Source of the DNA: Eledone cirrhosa | Lineage: Eukaryota | Assembly: GCA_964016885.1 (NCBI GenBank) | Contig: OZ024743.1 | Coordinates: forward strand, 59,892,001-59,956,000 | Reading direction: 5' to 3' | DNA length: 64,000 bases | Shown here: positions 37,958-52,974 of the stretch, piece by piece | Layout of the letters: every line of letters begins with the position of its first letter | Numbering within the stretch: position 1 is the first letter of the stretch | Program-made: the position numbers and the translations under genes | Notes under the pieces: generated by a model | Told to the model about the DNA's origin: nothing | Seen by the model: the letters and a program-made list of their open reading frames with translations, nothing else | Databases searched by the model: none

Positions 37958-38278
37958 GTCTTAGTCTTAGATTCTTCCACGCCGTTCGGCGCATAGAGCA
38001 GTATGTACTCGCCAACGGTCACGATCAGCGGCAACTTTTTCGAGACCGTGCCATGTGATGTTGGCTGCCATCAGGTCCTTCCGGAACGTTCGTCGCCTGG
38101 TGATCCTTGGGCAACCCCGCCTCCGTTTACCGCCAGGTGGAGTCCAGTTCATCGCTGTTTTCGAATGCCGTTCATTTGGCAGACGCAGAATATGGCCAGC
38201 CAGACGGCACCGACGCTCCGTGACCACTCTCTGAAGCGTCCATGACTCGGCTCTCCGCAGGATCTCTTCGTTTCGCAA
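37958..38278 (-). mobile_element. RTE-clade LINE 3' end
   Basis: NEEILRR...LAGHILRL...AMNWTPPGGKRRRG.PR...ADRDRWR, with a (CTAAGA)2 tail. Confidence 0.85.
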
Positions 38279-39019
38279 TATTTTATGGTAGTTGTTGAGA
38301 ACACCTCGGATGGGACGGATAATTAGGATGCTTTTATCTATAATTATTGCGAATGTTGTTGCTGTTGTTGCTGCTGTGGCCGCTGTGTTGTTGATGTTGT
38401 TGCTTCTGTCATTGTTATTAATTCTGTTGTTTCTGTCACCGCTATTATTTTTTGTTGTTGCTTTCAGTGATATGTTCTTCTGTTGTAATGATTGTGCCGG
38501 CCGTGGTGCTATTGTTCTGACTGTTATTCAAATAAAATAACATGTCTTCTTGTTTTATGATATAAATATTGTTAATTATTGCTTCTGTTACAGTTGATAG
38601 TGTGGTTGCTGTTGGTAGTGTTAGCTGTAGCTTTATAGTTGCTGTGATTGACGTGGTGGTGGAGATGATACTGTCTTGGGTGGTTGTCTGTAAGACAACA
38701 AATTATACTGTTATTTTGCTTTGTTTGTTGGTGTTTTGTTGTTTTTGCTTTGTTGTCTTGTGTCTTGTAGATAGTGACGTGTACTCCAGTGTATAGTCGG
38801 ATATTGTGTTTTATGGAAGACAGTTTTTAAAATAAAAATATATTGTAATTATGATGATAATTTTGTCATTAAGGGCTGCAATACATCAGAAATTCAAACT
38901 GCTATCTAGAATTACGGTTGGTTTGGCCACAAATTATGATAAAGGATTTTAAAAAATAAGTTTTTTGCAAATATGTAGAAAAGCCACAAAATTATATGGC
39001 GGAACAATTCATTGAGAAT

Positions 39020-40210
39020 AGTTCAGAAACAAAGTCAATGAATGGAAATCCCCTGGCATTGATAACGTCCCAAACCTCTGGTTATCTCCTCTAACTGCTA
39101 CTCATTATAGTTAGGTGGATTGGCAGTATCGGTAGAGGGTCGGACGCCATGCTTTCCAGCATAGTTACGTCCCTTTACGATCTGAGTTCAAATCCCGCCG
39201 AGGTTGACTTTGCCTTTCATCCTTACGGGGTCGATAAAATAAAAGTACCAGTAATGCACTGGGTAATTACTGGCCTTGTGCCTAAAGTAGAAACAATTAT
39301 AATTAGGTAAAATGTTGTAAGGAAATTATGTACAATCCTGTGAAAACCTCTGATTGTTTTGCACACGGTATAATATAAATCTTGCCACATCATATCAGAT
39401 TTTCACCCCAACCTTGACTGTGATAAACTAGAAATTTATGGATGAAAATCATCTTTTCTCTATTCAGCAGAAATATTGTTGTCGTGGGTCTTGCGGGTGC
39501 AAAGACCAACTTCACATTAACTGTATGATTGTGGAAACAGTCAAAGATGGTCTGGAAATCTGAATACTGCTTGGATTGAGTAACAGAAAGCATTAGATAG
39601 TGTTCTCCAATCATGGAGTTTGAAAACTTTGGATGTTCTCAAGATTTCCTCTGTAATACAACATATATATCACTGTACACAGTGATGGAACTAGAAATTC
39701 CAGCAGCATCATTACTGACTGGCATTTTTTGAGGTGAACAGTTTTCTATGTACTTTGCATTACACTCACGCCGCTGTCTTTAACACCCTGCAAAATAAAT
39801 TATGGAAACTGTATAAACAGCCAAACCATGAATCATCCGTTTTATATGATGACTCGAAGTTGTATGAAAAACTGATAATGAATTGGAAGGACTGCTGAAA
39901 ATAGTTAAGATTTTCAGCACTGACGCATGAATGGATTTTAAATTTGAAAACAGCGCAAAAGCAACACCCGAGAAAGTCAGAATGACCAGCGCAAACTCAA
40001 TAGAAATAGATGTGAATACAGTAAATAGGGAACTAGAAAAGGAACAAGCCTTCGGATATCTAAGGATCAATGAAGGCCAAGGTATCATCATGCTAGCATG
40101 AAAGAGAGAATCAGGATGGAATGCTACCGGGAATACGTATTGTCTAGAAAACTGAGCTTAACTCAAGAAATAAATTATCTGCCATAAATGAGCTTGCAAT
40201 CACGGATGTC
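39020..40210 (+). mobile_element. Old R4/Dong-like RT relic, interrupted by a SINE and other sequence
   Basis: WKSPGIDNVPNLWL near 39045, NH.FY.DD.KLY-like near 39830, IVKIFSTD at 39901, and ELNSRNKLSAINELA near 40155. Confidence 0.6.
39113..39304 (+). mobile_element. tRNA-derived SINE, Meta-like domain family
   Basis: Same head, core and TGGCCTTGTGCCTAAAGTAGAAACAATTAT tail as the other copies. Confidence 0.88.
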
Positions 40211-40239
40211 ACCTAGACCTTCTTCTTCTTCTTCTTCTT

Positions 40240-41050
40240 CTCAGAGATCCAGACTACGCAGCACACATGAGTCAGCCAGAGAATACCTTCTGTATATAAG
40301 GCTGCTAAGATCTCGAGTCGGATGTTCTCTTCCACAGGGGCATTCCCACATTTGACCACTTTAACTGATCTTATTACCTCAGCCTCGGAGAGATTAGTCA
40401 CTGTTCCAATATTAATCTCGTGTACATCAGACGATGCTGTTGTGATCGGGTTTAGATCAGAAAATTATTCACTACTCCTCGCGAGAATTCACCTTTTTAA
40501 TGAGACGAGAATCACAGGCGCCTTTTTGATGGTGGATGGTCTTCCAGAACACTTTATTTGCTGATCTCAAGTCAGATTCCAGCTTACCCTTAACGTCTTA
40601 ACATATTTCAACTTACTTTGTATGACTTTATTGACACTGTGCGATTCTTCCTGCCGGCTTGTGCCGCAATTGCAAGAAGGACAACTTATTTCGAGGCGTA
40701 GCTTTGTAAGCCTTCTTCTTTGCTCGGAGGGTATATTTGACCTTTTGCTTAAGCGAAGAGTTACTACTGTTATCCGGCGCCCGACCAAGCTACATTCGAC
40801 TGCAGCATTTAGTAGCCAAAAAAACAAACCACTGCGCTGAACAATCTTCACTCTTTCTCAGCGTCCTTAGTTTGCGCAGCGAGTTCTCTGAATTTGGGTG
40901 CAATGGTATCTGCAAGCCTGGTCCTGACTTTCTTATCCATTAATGCTTCCCATTTTTTTTCCTGTAGTTCACCCTGGACCTTCCAGAATTGTAGATTTGT
41001 GGGCTTCCTTGGCTTTAGTTACTCGCAGATAACTAGATGGGGCTCATTTG
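40240..41050 (-). mobile_element. RTE-clade (Expander/Rex3-like) LINE relic
   Basis: EAEV..SVK.VKCGNAP.E.NIRLEILAAL...GILWLT.VC matches the KAPG.D.I..E.LK region preceding RT. Multiple frameshifts. Confidence 0.55.
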
Positions 41051-41454
41051 ACAGAACAGTCTATTATTTAAACGAACATCCAGCACAGAATCAAATAGAT
41101 CAGGCACAATAGAAAAATCCATTATTGATCTCTGTCCCTGATTACCTTTGTGCCCTTGTTCTAAATGTCCAAATTGAACATTAGGATCGTTTAAAAATGT
41201 GTGCATTTCATTATATTTGATAGTATTTTTGTCTACTAGTGTTATATTTGTTGTTGCTGTGAAGGTGATGTCACTGTTGAATATTTTAGTTGCGAGACAT
41301 TCATTTCATACTTTTCCCGTGTTGTGTTGTTGTTGTTGAAAAATAAACAGCCAGTAATACATTGGGATCGATTTAATCGACTTTCCCCTCCCTCAAAATT
41401 GCTGGGATTATGCCTATAGTAGAAAGCAATATTACTGTTATGATCATAACAATA

Positions 41455-41657
41455 GGGCGGTGGATTGGCAGTATCGGTAGAGGGTCGGACGCCATGCTTT
41501 CCATCATAGAGTTACAACCCTTTATTGTCTGAGTTCAAATCCCGCCGAGGTTAACTTTGCCTTTCATCCTTACGGGGTCGATAAAATAAAGTACCAGTAA
41601 TACACTGCAATAATTGCTGGCCTTGTGCCAAAAGTAGAAAAAATTATTGTTATTATC
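41455..41657 (+). mobile_element. tRNA-derived SINE, Meta-like domain family
   Basis: Full head, core and tail. A 3'-only fragment of the same family lies at ~41340-41435. Confidence 0.88.
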
Positions 41658-44600
41658 ATAACAATAATAAATAAGATGACGATGACGACGACGAAGATAG
41701 TGATGGTAAATGTGACAACAATAATACAAGGCCACAGCAACAACAAGGTAAAGATAGGATAAAAATAAAAATATAACGAAAGGTCCTGTATTTTTTCGCG
41801 TAATAAACATATGCATATATCAAAGAAAACTGTTTATCTAGACACATTACAATGAAACAACAATGTCAATAACTTCTTGTTTTATCATATGAATGTGAAT
41901 ATATCGACTATAAACATCTTCTGTAAGTGTAAATTCTTCTACTACTAATGTATGAATGAAAAGTCGAGTTATGTAAACACATAAAACTGATATAGAATAC
42001 ATCTGATTTGACATTATGTATACCTATACAAATACGAAAATAACCACATTCGACAGTAAACTGTCGTTTATATCTGTAGGTTGAATCATATACAAGCAAA
42101 CTTTGGAGTACAACCATCTACACTAAAAATAAAATTATGCGTATATTAAGGGAACTAGTGGTCATCAAACAAATAGTTGGCGATGAAAAAATATTATAGC
42201 AAATAAAACTATTTTAAAATATCGCTCGCTTAATATACATCAATATTATCTCTAATATCTGACTTAAGATGACAGAAGACTATATAACATGAATACCTCA
42301 AGGGTAGGAAACATTAGATGAGAATTTATGAAAATATAAGTAGATATATTCTAGCTCGAATTCTGTTAATTACTTTACTTACAAAAATGGAGATCTGAAA
42401 GTTAATCCAATATATTTGAAATCAGGAAGAAACACTATACGCGAAAACCCGAATACTCCGAGGTTATATTTGAATTAGATTCAACTTTTGATTAAACAGT
42501 TTAGAAACCAATAAACATCGATAACGTTTCACATACCAGAAAAAGCCTTAATCTATAACGTATGAAAATTTCAACAATTCCTTCGACATTGAAAGGAATC
42601 CTAATAAGTCTGAAGAAGCTATAATTGTTTTTTTAAGTTTTGTCAGAGGAAACTGTAGTGCACCTGTACGCCTCGAAGACTGGTAGCAACAAAGTACGAG
42701 TTTATCCAAGTATACTCTGCTAAAGACACCATGTCGTGGTCTTAAAATTTCAGCTCAGTGCGCAAAGTCTTCGAATAATTACCGTAATACAATTTGTCCT
42801 AAACTTTAAATATGTTCTTAATCTAATTGTCGAATGCAAAACGCTGAAAGGCAATTTTGACTTAAGTAGAATTTGAACACTGACTACAGACTGCTGGAAA
42901 CATTTCACCCAATATTTCTTCTTTTGCTTTAACAACTCTGCAGATTTACCGCCTACAAATTATTGAGGCTAGACAGACAGTAGTAACAACCTCCGAATAA
43001 ATAATATTGAGCAAATTATGCCTCTACATAAAAAAACTTCAAGAGGCGTTCCTCTTCTTAGAAACCAATGTCAGTTACACATAGCATATAACTGTTACAG
43101 ATAGCATATAACTGTTGGATTGAAATAATGAACCAATTTAGTTTCTAAGTTTTTCTAAGAAGATAGAGAAGAATATCTTGATAGTGTATGTACATGTTTC
43201 CAGAAGGTACAAATAGTGAGGAAAACAACATATAAGACGGGAAAGAGCAATGCTGACATTTATAGGCGAAATAAAGTAAAATATTTGAATAATAGATATT
43301 TCGGTAATATAACCTTTCAGACATAAAAGTAGTGAGAGATGCGTTACGTATTACGTGATTGTAGATTTCTAAATAAGTTTGTATTTAATCATAATCAATC
43401 TTTTCAAAGAGACTTCTAGAAACTTTCTACAGATGATTGTATGAAGTAGACATAGTGATAATTATGATCAGTTTTGATATTACAAATAGAGAGATATTGG
43501 AAAGAGATTGAGGATAGCTGTATTTCAAACCAAATTCGACTCATTTTAAATTTTCGTGTAGTTATAGATTATAAATAGAAACATGAACCAAGCACTGTGA
43601 ATCATAAATGATAGTCTGATAAGCGAAGATCTGGAAATATCGTATCTCTAAGAACTCAAACTTAACCAAACATGAAAATAATAAATTGATCATCTATCAC
43701 TGTAATTTGACATCCATACACTCCATAATATCTACTAACCATTATAAAGTCTAGAACAATCAAACACGTATATGCAGATCAAAGAAACATATATTGTTAT
43801 AATGAGTCAATTAGCATTAACAAGTATAACAGAATATCTATGACTAAGTATGAAATAATCGACTGTAGAGCAGATTTTAATTGCCTCCCGTAATTTTACA
43901 TCTTTGGAGCTCTGGAATGAATAGAACGTAATTGAAGAAGAGGTACTATGCCATTATAATTAACATTATAAGTAACAAGTACATAGTTAGAGGAAAATGC
44001 GCAATTCTAGAGAGGAATCTTGTTATACCAATACCATGTATTAAAATATGCTCCATCTAAGCTCAAAAGGTAACAACAAACACCAAGGAGGCATATAGTG
44101 CATTAATCCACCGCTTTGACAGCAATAATTTGCCCTCACACTTAGAAGCATATGATTATGGTATCTTTATGCAAAAGTGTCTGAACGGTTTAGAACATGT
44201 ATGCCCATCATGCTACATAGATTGTGCCTATTTAAGTATCATTCGTTTTAAAAATATCATGACAGTTAAATACTGTACTGGAATATACTTAAAACTTCAT
44301 CTGAAACTGCATTTATCTAAAACAGATTTCAGAATGTGGCAAAGGCAATATTCTGAAATAGATACACATAATTGTCCGTGATGTTATAACTAGATAATGA
44401 TCAGTGAAATAGGAGCAATCACTTAACCACAACTTTTCTGTCATAATTTTCGTGGGCAAAAATTAATAATTTAAATATATTAGAAATAAAAGAAACATCT
44501 TAAAGATTATATTATATTCCATCACATTTACTCTGAGATCGTCCCAGTCAGGTGGAAGTAACCATTGTGAGTCTGGGCTACGTTAACAGTTATATGGTTG

Positions 44601-46308
44601 ATCCGTCCTCTAGTGGTTATGTTATAGTTTCGGTTTCGCTGATCATCATGTGGCATAGTAGTAGGAAATGTACTTGCAATTTTAACTAGTAAGGCATTTT
44701 TTATACTCTATCTGTGTGGCTATAATCTGTCTCGTCGTCTTAGTATAGTGTGTATGCAATATTTCAGAATACAGCAGATATAAGGTTTGATCCTACAGGC
44801 AGTTCTGTCATATTGCGTGTACAAATGCTGAAACAAAATCAGTGAAACAGTGAAAATTGTGACGCTGTAAACAGATTTATATTCCCAAATGTTATATATT
44901 TTCAAGATACACAATTGAAAATGAATAATTTAGAATTTTACTTTACAAGAACTTTAAATGCGATACATAATTTTAATGTATATATCCGTTCGTGACTAAT
45001 GCTATAAAGAGAATATTGTGGTGAGAAGTATTTGATTTTGTTTTCTTCTGGTGTTAGATTGGTTCAATTAAACTTTAATGATTTTTTTCAGAAAGTCGGT
45101 ACAACACAAATTAGAAATCTGAGAGAAAAACCAATAATATGGTAAGGCAGGGATCGGTGTATACATTAGCGTACATTTAAAGAAGTGGACCTATTTTTTA
45201 TAAAACGGAAAATATGAGTTAAATTATTGTTTTGGTTTTGTTGCATACTCACATATTTTTAAGCTGCGTTAAACCGACTCTCCCAAAACTACATTATGAC
45301 CACACATATAATGTTTAGTATAAACTAATCGTAAATAATTTAGAGGGAAGAAATGAATATATTTGAAACATGTTATCATGCTTTAGGAAAATGAGTATAC
45401 TATAATCGAGATGTCTCTTAAATAATGAATACGTTAATTTTCGATAGAAAGCAGCAATCAATTCAACTAGTACAATGAAACGGATGTAATTACGCGTTAG
45501 AACTTGTGTAAAATGATAGGGAAATATTCGCATACGTCTCCTGCTTAATTAAAATCTATGGCCCCCGATACACATCTAAAATACCGCAAACCTTTCTAAG
45601 ATGGGCAATCTAATTGAAATTGCCTGGAATTTTTCATGGTGGAAGCAAGATGATTATTGGTTATGTTTGTTTTGAGAAATAGATTGGTAATGCAAGAGTA
45701 AAGTTTAGAATAAAAACAAAACCAAATAATTTACACCTGAGGATCTGAATTTAAGAAAAAGGGGGAAATTCTCTGTTGAATATTCTGATTTTTAATCTTC
45801 TAATTACAGTTTACATATTACTGGCATACAGGAAAATAACCATAACCGCATATGAAACAAATATGAAACGTTTAAATTGTCTATGGAAGTGATTGTAATA
45901 TGTACGTTTGTAATATGTAGTTTCAAATAAGATAACGTAAAATATTTTGACTGACAATATAAGGATTTTACAGATATAATATAGATAATATCGATATGAA
46001 ATATATGCGTGGTTGTGTGCATATATCTCTCTGTGTTGTGTGCCAGTGTAAGTGTGGATGTGAGTAGGCATATGTCTGTGTGTGTAAAATAAAACTGCAT
46101 ATATATTTATATATATTTATAATTCGCTGATATAAAATTATATATGGACATTTATTGAATTATAATATTAAGAGTGGGGCGATATGTATATATCTTTGAT
46201 AAATAAGATTTTAAATTAGAACCTTCAAAATAAAATTAAAATATTACAATCTATGGCTATGGTGTCTGCAAATATATCAAAATAATGTCTACCAAATACG
46301 CCTTGAAT

Positions 46309-46645
<337 letters not shown>

Positions 46646-47166
46646 AGGTTTTTAATGTCTATCTCTCCTACCCCATCTTGTCTGTGTGTGTTGTGTGTTG
46701 TCTGCTTAGTTTGCGCATGCTTTATATCTGGGTGAGTTTGGGTGTTCATATTTATTTATTTATGTGTTTATTTACCTGTAACTCGTTGGTTGTATGTTCT
46801 ATCTGTGTGTGTCTGAATTGTTTTCGTAGTTTAGTTTTTGTGTGTGTCTGTATGTCTTCATTTTGTCCTTAATTACTAGTTGTGATAAAACAATGTGCCT
46901 CGTCCAGAGTTTACACCTACACTATCTACAACAAATTAAGAAGACTCAACTAACCAAAGGACTAGCTGATATACGCAAACGAACACTCATTCTAAACATT
47001 AAAAAAAAAATTACATAGAATTAAGCAAATAAAAAAATTTGTTTTGAAAGATAATATATATATGATATATATTAATTAATATATATATATATATAACATT
47101 TTCTATACCTTTCATTTAAAAGAACCGAAAAGTGAAGAAATAATGTGTCTGCCAAATTAAGATAAT

Positions 47167-47350
47167 TGTTTCTACGTTAAGCACAAGGCCAGCAATTAAC
47201 CAGTGTATTACTAGTACTTTATTTTATCGACCACGTAAGGATGAAAGACAAAGTCAACCTCGGCGCGATTTGAACTCAGATCGTAAAGGGACGCAACTAT
47301 GCTGGAAAGCATGGCGTCCGACACACCACCGATACTGCCAATCCACCGCC
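47167..47350 (-). mobile_element. tRNA-derived SINE, Meta-like family, with 10-bp TSD
   Basis: TTAAGATAAT at 47157-47166 and 47351-47360. Confidence 0.88.
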
Positions 47351-47965
47351 TTAAGATAATGGCAGCCAACATATATTATAATGGAAGAGATACCAGACGT
47401 GTAATTTTCCCGATAAGATACTAGGGAAATTAGAAAAGTTTAACCCTTTCGTCAGCATTTTCCTAATGATACACACAATGCCTAATATCTCCAAATTATT
47501 TGTAAAATAATGAATTGTTTACAGTGATATAGTTACATAATTTATTTTCTCATTGTTAAGTTGCTGTTTAGAAATATAATTTACCATATTTTTTTTATAT
47601 AGAAATGTGTTGCAATCTTTTTAGATAAAAATTAACTTTTTAAAATAAACAATCCTTTACTCTAAATTATGGGCTGTTTTCAGGAGTTTATGTATCAATG
47701 GTTTTGTAGAGTAGCATATATACATTTTTAAAGCAATCGACTTACACATAAATATCTCTGATAGCTAAAAATATAACTTTCTTATCCACTTCTTTGTAGT
47801 CAAGATGTTCTGTAAACAATATATTACTATAGAAAATCCTCTCAACGAGTGCCAATCCTAAACCCCGATGGCAACACGCCATCTCAAACTTCGCATTCTC
47901 TTCTTCGGCCCCAGTAACAGAAGAACAATGTCTTCCCTAGCTTCATGTCTATGAATAATTAATAA

Positions 47966-48142
47966 TTGTTTCTACTTTAGGCACAAGGCCAGCAATATTC
48001 CAGTGTATTACTGGTACTTTATTTTATCGACCCCGTAAGAAGAAAGGCAAAGTTAACCTCGGCGGGATTTGAACTCAAACCATAAAGGGCCGTAACTCTT
48101 TCCTGCAAAGCATGGCCTCCGACCCTCTACCGATACTGCCAA
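47966..48142 (-). mobile_element. tRNA-derived SINE, Meta-like family, with 15-bp TSD
   Basis: ATGAATAATTAATAA at 47951-47965 and 48143-48157. Confidence 0.88.
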
Positions 48143-50600
48143 ATGAATAATTAATAATAAAGATGTTAATACGATTCAGACAGGATATTTTTACTCATAT
48201 CAACAGGAAGAAAATATATTATATTAGCAACAATCGATGAGATATACCACATATATCGTACATAGTCACTGGTATATCCACTAATATACATGACATATAA
48301 TCACATATAGGGTAGGAGAATCAAAATGCATTACATTAGCAAAATCGTATGAGGGAGACAAATTTACTCCTCAACATGCAAGAAACAGTAGTGAAACATT
48401 CTCTGAACACCTACACCGATCGTCTCATATAGCAACCTCCCTTAAATCTCTCTTATATATATATATATATTTGAAAAAAGGAAAAGAATGACTTCACTTG
48501 TAGTTCTAAACAATTTGATTTAATTTCATAATATTATAATATTATGAGATGGTAGATCTAGAGAGTTCTTTGTTAACTTCGGTGAGAAGATTTTTAAAGA
48601 TTCCTGGTTAACTTTCCTGGAAAACTTTCTCGCATTCGTCGGTGGCGATTGTCAAACTGAGATCAGGTTGTGTTTCGATTTGTGACTCTATATATAAGAG
48701 AGATTTGGATGTGTCTGGGAGTTGGGGTGCGGTGTTAATGAGTGGGGAGTGAAGGAGTGTTGATGAAGATTTAAAGGAATTAAAGCATATACACACACAC
48801 ACACCCACACCCACCTACACACAGACACATACACACACACACATATATATATATATATAATTTGAGGAAGCGGAAAACACATGCCATTCCTTCTATTCTT
48901 TATGTGCTTCAAACTGAACTTTCAGGAGTCTAGATTATCTCTCTTTATTAACACATTACATTATAGTGAACTTAAATATATTTTCTCTTCTATTTCTATT
49001 GTGTGCATCAGAAGAGAATTAGCCACATGAACAGGAGTTAATTAGGAATTAATGGTTAAAATTGTAAATGTCATATTCTCTTCACTATAAACAACATGAT
49101 TCATTGGATTATATTTGGCTATTTTAGTTTATCTATATATACTATCGAATAGGTGATGAAATATATGGCAATTATAGAGACAATTCTTGACATTCTGCAA
49201 TCGGATGTATTTGGAAATCACAGTCGTTTATTTATTTATTTATTTATTTTTCTTCATTCTGTTGACATAGGAAGTTGAGGAAGTGTAGTTTTTATACCTA
49301 AGGTCAGGGCCACGAGAAGTGTCGAAATTAAAACAATGAATCAAAGTTATTCCCAGAAATATGCCGTCTCACAAATGATTGCACCTAATGGAAAATTGTG
49401 GAATTAAACTGGTTAACTGATTAAGTACATCATTTCCTTTTTCAGGGTATTGGGGCTAATTACTACAGTTTTTTTTTTATTCTGAGATTAGGTTAAATAG
49501 AGCTGAGCTAAATGAGATAGACTTATTATTTAGCACAAGATTAACATCCATTGAAGATACCTATGAATAGAGATATTCCAACTGTGACTATCCACTATCT
49601 TTGTCATAATATCTACTTACAACGTTTGCGGGGATATTTTCTTCATTTACTACAACTGTGTATGTACGGATTGACGACAAGTAGAAAATGCGAGAGATGA
49701 AAAGCCATCTTTCCATATCACTCGACCTGAAGTGTGATGCGATTCTGTAGATATACATACATACGTATTTGCATTGAAGCTCGATCATTAAACATCGCTG
49801 GTTACTTTAGAGGTTAAATCAATAGATCAGACAACATTTCCAATTCTAGGTACGATAGAATGTTGTCATTAGCTCGAGAAGAATGTCCCTTGATTCATGT
49901 AGATGCAGGATCCGGCTCTAAACTGAAGCATTTTGTTAAATCAGTTTTCTTTGATTGAAATCGTTACCGAGAAATACGTAATTTCAATGGATTTATGTTC
50001 TATATGTAAATAAGCTATCAAAAAATAACTTGTACACGAAATGTATAAAACTTACAGGTCGTTCCCACGTCAGTATCTCGGAAAGCATCAGCTGGAGTTG
50101 GATGCTAATCTTTATATACAACGCTCTAACACCGGCTACTGTGGTATTTGTAATACGGTAAAAATACACAGAGGGTGACTTATGTATGTTTATCATACAT
50201 AAAAATAATACATTTTGGTCCATACATTATTCTGAAACACGTCATGATAGAGAAATTGCTATTTATCTATATATTACTAAAGTTCTGCGATTGCTTGCTT
50301 GCTTGCTTGTCTGTAATGTAATATACCCAAAAAGGTGCATAATGGGAAAATACTTTGAAAGGAAGTTGACGCTGAAATGCAAATACAAATGGAATAGAAC
50401 GTTTTGCGTAAATTGGTGCACGGGTTCCCGAGATGCGGGGCTTTTCCGGGTAGCTTCATAAACAGAGAGAGAGAAAAATAAAAGAAAGAGATAATGCTTT
50501 AGAGAGAGTAGATTGAAAGAGAGAGATAGAGAGAGTGAGAATGAGACAGGAGGAGAATGGAAAAGTGAGCTGGTGGTGGTGTGCATATATATATAAGTGA

Positions 50601-50656
<56 letters not shown>

Positions 50657-50703
50657 ATATGCGTGTGTGTGTCTATAACTAGTATATATGGAACATAGAC
50701 ACC

Positions 50704-50763
<60 letters not shown>

Positions 50764-52086
50764 CACACAAAAATACATCTATATGTAGAGAATTAGGATT
50801 TAGCTTCAGGCATAGGTGTATACAGACATGTATATAAATGTTGTTGGGCGTTAGCCCCGGTGTTTTTCGCATAGCTACGGCTTTCTAAATGTTTAGCGGT
50901 AAACATACCATGTTTCTTTAGAAATACGAAATTTCGATACATATCTGTATACAGCTATGCCTGAAGCTAAATCCTCATTCGATTCTATAATAAGGTGAGC
51001 CAAATTATGCAGCTTCATAGACAAATGGTATTAATCATCTCCTTCAAACAAACAAGAAAACTATATATTCTCGACTATTTTCAAGTCCAGCAGTCGAAAG
51101 CGTAGGAGGGATCGTCGTGACAAAAACCAGTTAACTCTGAAGTTCGTAAACGATTAACCGCCTTGATCCTGATGGACACCACCAGAGGGCGTAAACCCCG
51201 GCTTTTTGCATAGCTTCAGCTTCCTAAATGTTTACCCCTACACATACCATGTTTCTTTAGAAATACGAAATTTATATACATATCTCTCTCTATATTTATA
51301 TGTATACACCCACCCACATTTATATATTTCCATACAGAGACGTGTATATACATGGGCCTTCCAGTCTCATTTCGCGTTATATAGATGTCTGTGTATATTT
51401 TAATTATTTAAAAATTATTTTTAAGTGAACATGATTTTAAAAAGAATATTTTGATGTGAACGGAGCCAACGACTCACGGGTGGTCTAGTAACATTTAAAT
51501 TCGAATATTTTTAATAATTCTACAAGGAGTGAGATGAAGAGTTCACACTTAGCTTCGTTGCAGTTTGAAATTTATGTGAAGCGGTAACATATCATACTTA
51601 ACATCATATATTGATATTATCATTTCAAACATCAGCCATATCAAATATAAAAAAATGAAGCTATTTCTCTGATGGTTTGGGGAAAATGAGGTAATTATAT
51701 TATGATTAGTACCTAATATGCATCTGGGAAGTTTTAGCCTCAGATCTGGCTTGATTTATAAGGCCTATGAGTGATCAGACCTATGTCTTCTAGGCATCGC
51801 TATCGCATTTGTATATATCTAGTCAACAATAGTTATTTTTTTTCCCACGACAGAAGGTGGTAGAAATTAAGCAGGTGTTAAATCGGTAGAGAGGAGATTT
51901 CATGTCAGAATGAGCAGTATGGGTACAAATACAGCAAGTAATTTTGTTCGACTGTATAGTTATACATTCAACCATTTGACACTGCTTTAGTTTCTAAAAT
52001 ATCTACAAATCACTTCAAAAAAGCTGCAAATATAGGATAATTATTTTTATACGCAGCAAATGGTATGTTATGTTTCAAATGATCTG

Positions 52087-52128
<42 letters not shown>

Positions 52129-52240
52129 GCGCGTGTGTGTGTGTGTGTGTGTGTGTGCGTTTGTGTGTGTGCTTGTGTGTTTATATAAATATATATACAT
52201 ATATACATACTCACATAAATATTAATATATATATATATAC

Positions 52241-52299
<59 letters not shown>

Positions 52300-52498
52300 C
52301 ATATATATATATACACAAACACTCATCTAAATCTACTTTTGAAAAGCAGAAGAACTGCGAAACCGGTAAAGGAACCGAATAAATATATATTTTTTGTAAA
52401 AAAAGAGTCCAGTTGCATTTTCGATTTCATCTTTTTCTTATACTTTCACTCGTGTAGGACACCTATTTTTTTTTTCATTTAAAAAAAACCTCACTTTC

Positions 52499-52650
<152 letters not shown>

Positions 52651-52974
52651 CTTTAGCGTATTTCGTTTTTTAGGCTACGGTGGCTGATGGCTTCACAACC
52701 ACTGTTTTCATTTTATCTGGCCTTTAAAACGCATGTTAATTGCTCTGGTTTCTTCTTAGTCCATTGAGCGCTTGCCGGCATATCTCGAAGATTTAGTTTC
52801 ATTTTGTTTTTGCCACCACCGAAATATGGTCTCACTGAAATTATATTTGAATTAATCTCCCGGGCCTAGCAATTAATTAGTTAATTCAATTCGACAGCTA
52901 ATTCAGAACTAGCTGTCGAAACGGTCGGAGCCCTTCCGTGGGCTCCTGACTCTTTTCATATATATATTTATATA

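Noticed and set aside
38292-38796. Hydrophobic ORFs resembling membrane proteins
   Set aside because: Derived from (GTT/GCT)n-rich low-complexity sequence, probably the antisense of a decayed Thr/Asn-rich ORF1.
39113-39200. SINE heads as tRNA genes
   Set aside because: A/B boxes are present but there is no cloverleaf, and the heads are fused to the SINE core and tail.
42300-44150. Possible ancient CR1/L2 RT relic (NY.., LDSVCTCFQK)
   Set aside because: Only faint motif traces, too degraded to delimit or classify.
44532-44830. Possible minus-strand exon (TTTTGTTTCAG acceptor, GTAAAT donor; KKCLTS*NCKYISYY is vaguely PAN/apple-like)
   Set aside because: All three frames contain stops. It could at most be a pseudo-exon and cannot be supported without homology.
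52888-52950. TTCGACAGCTA/TAGCTGTCGAA hairpin followed by GAAACGGTC (relative at 30895-30950) as a hammerhead
   Set aside because: No CTGA.GA core upstream of the stem in either copy.
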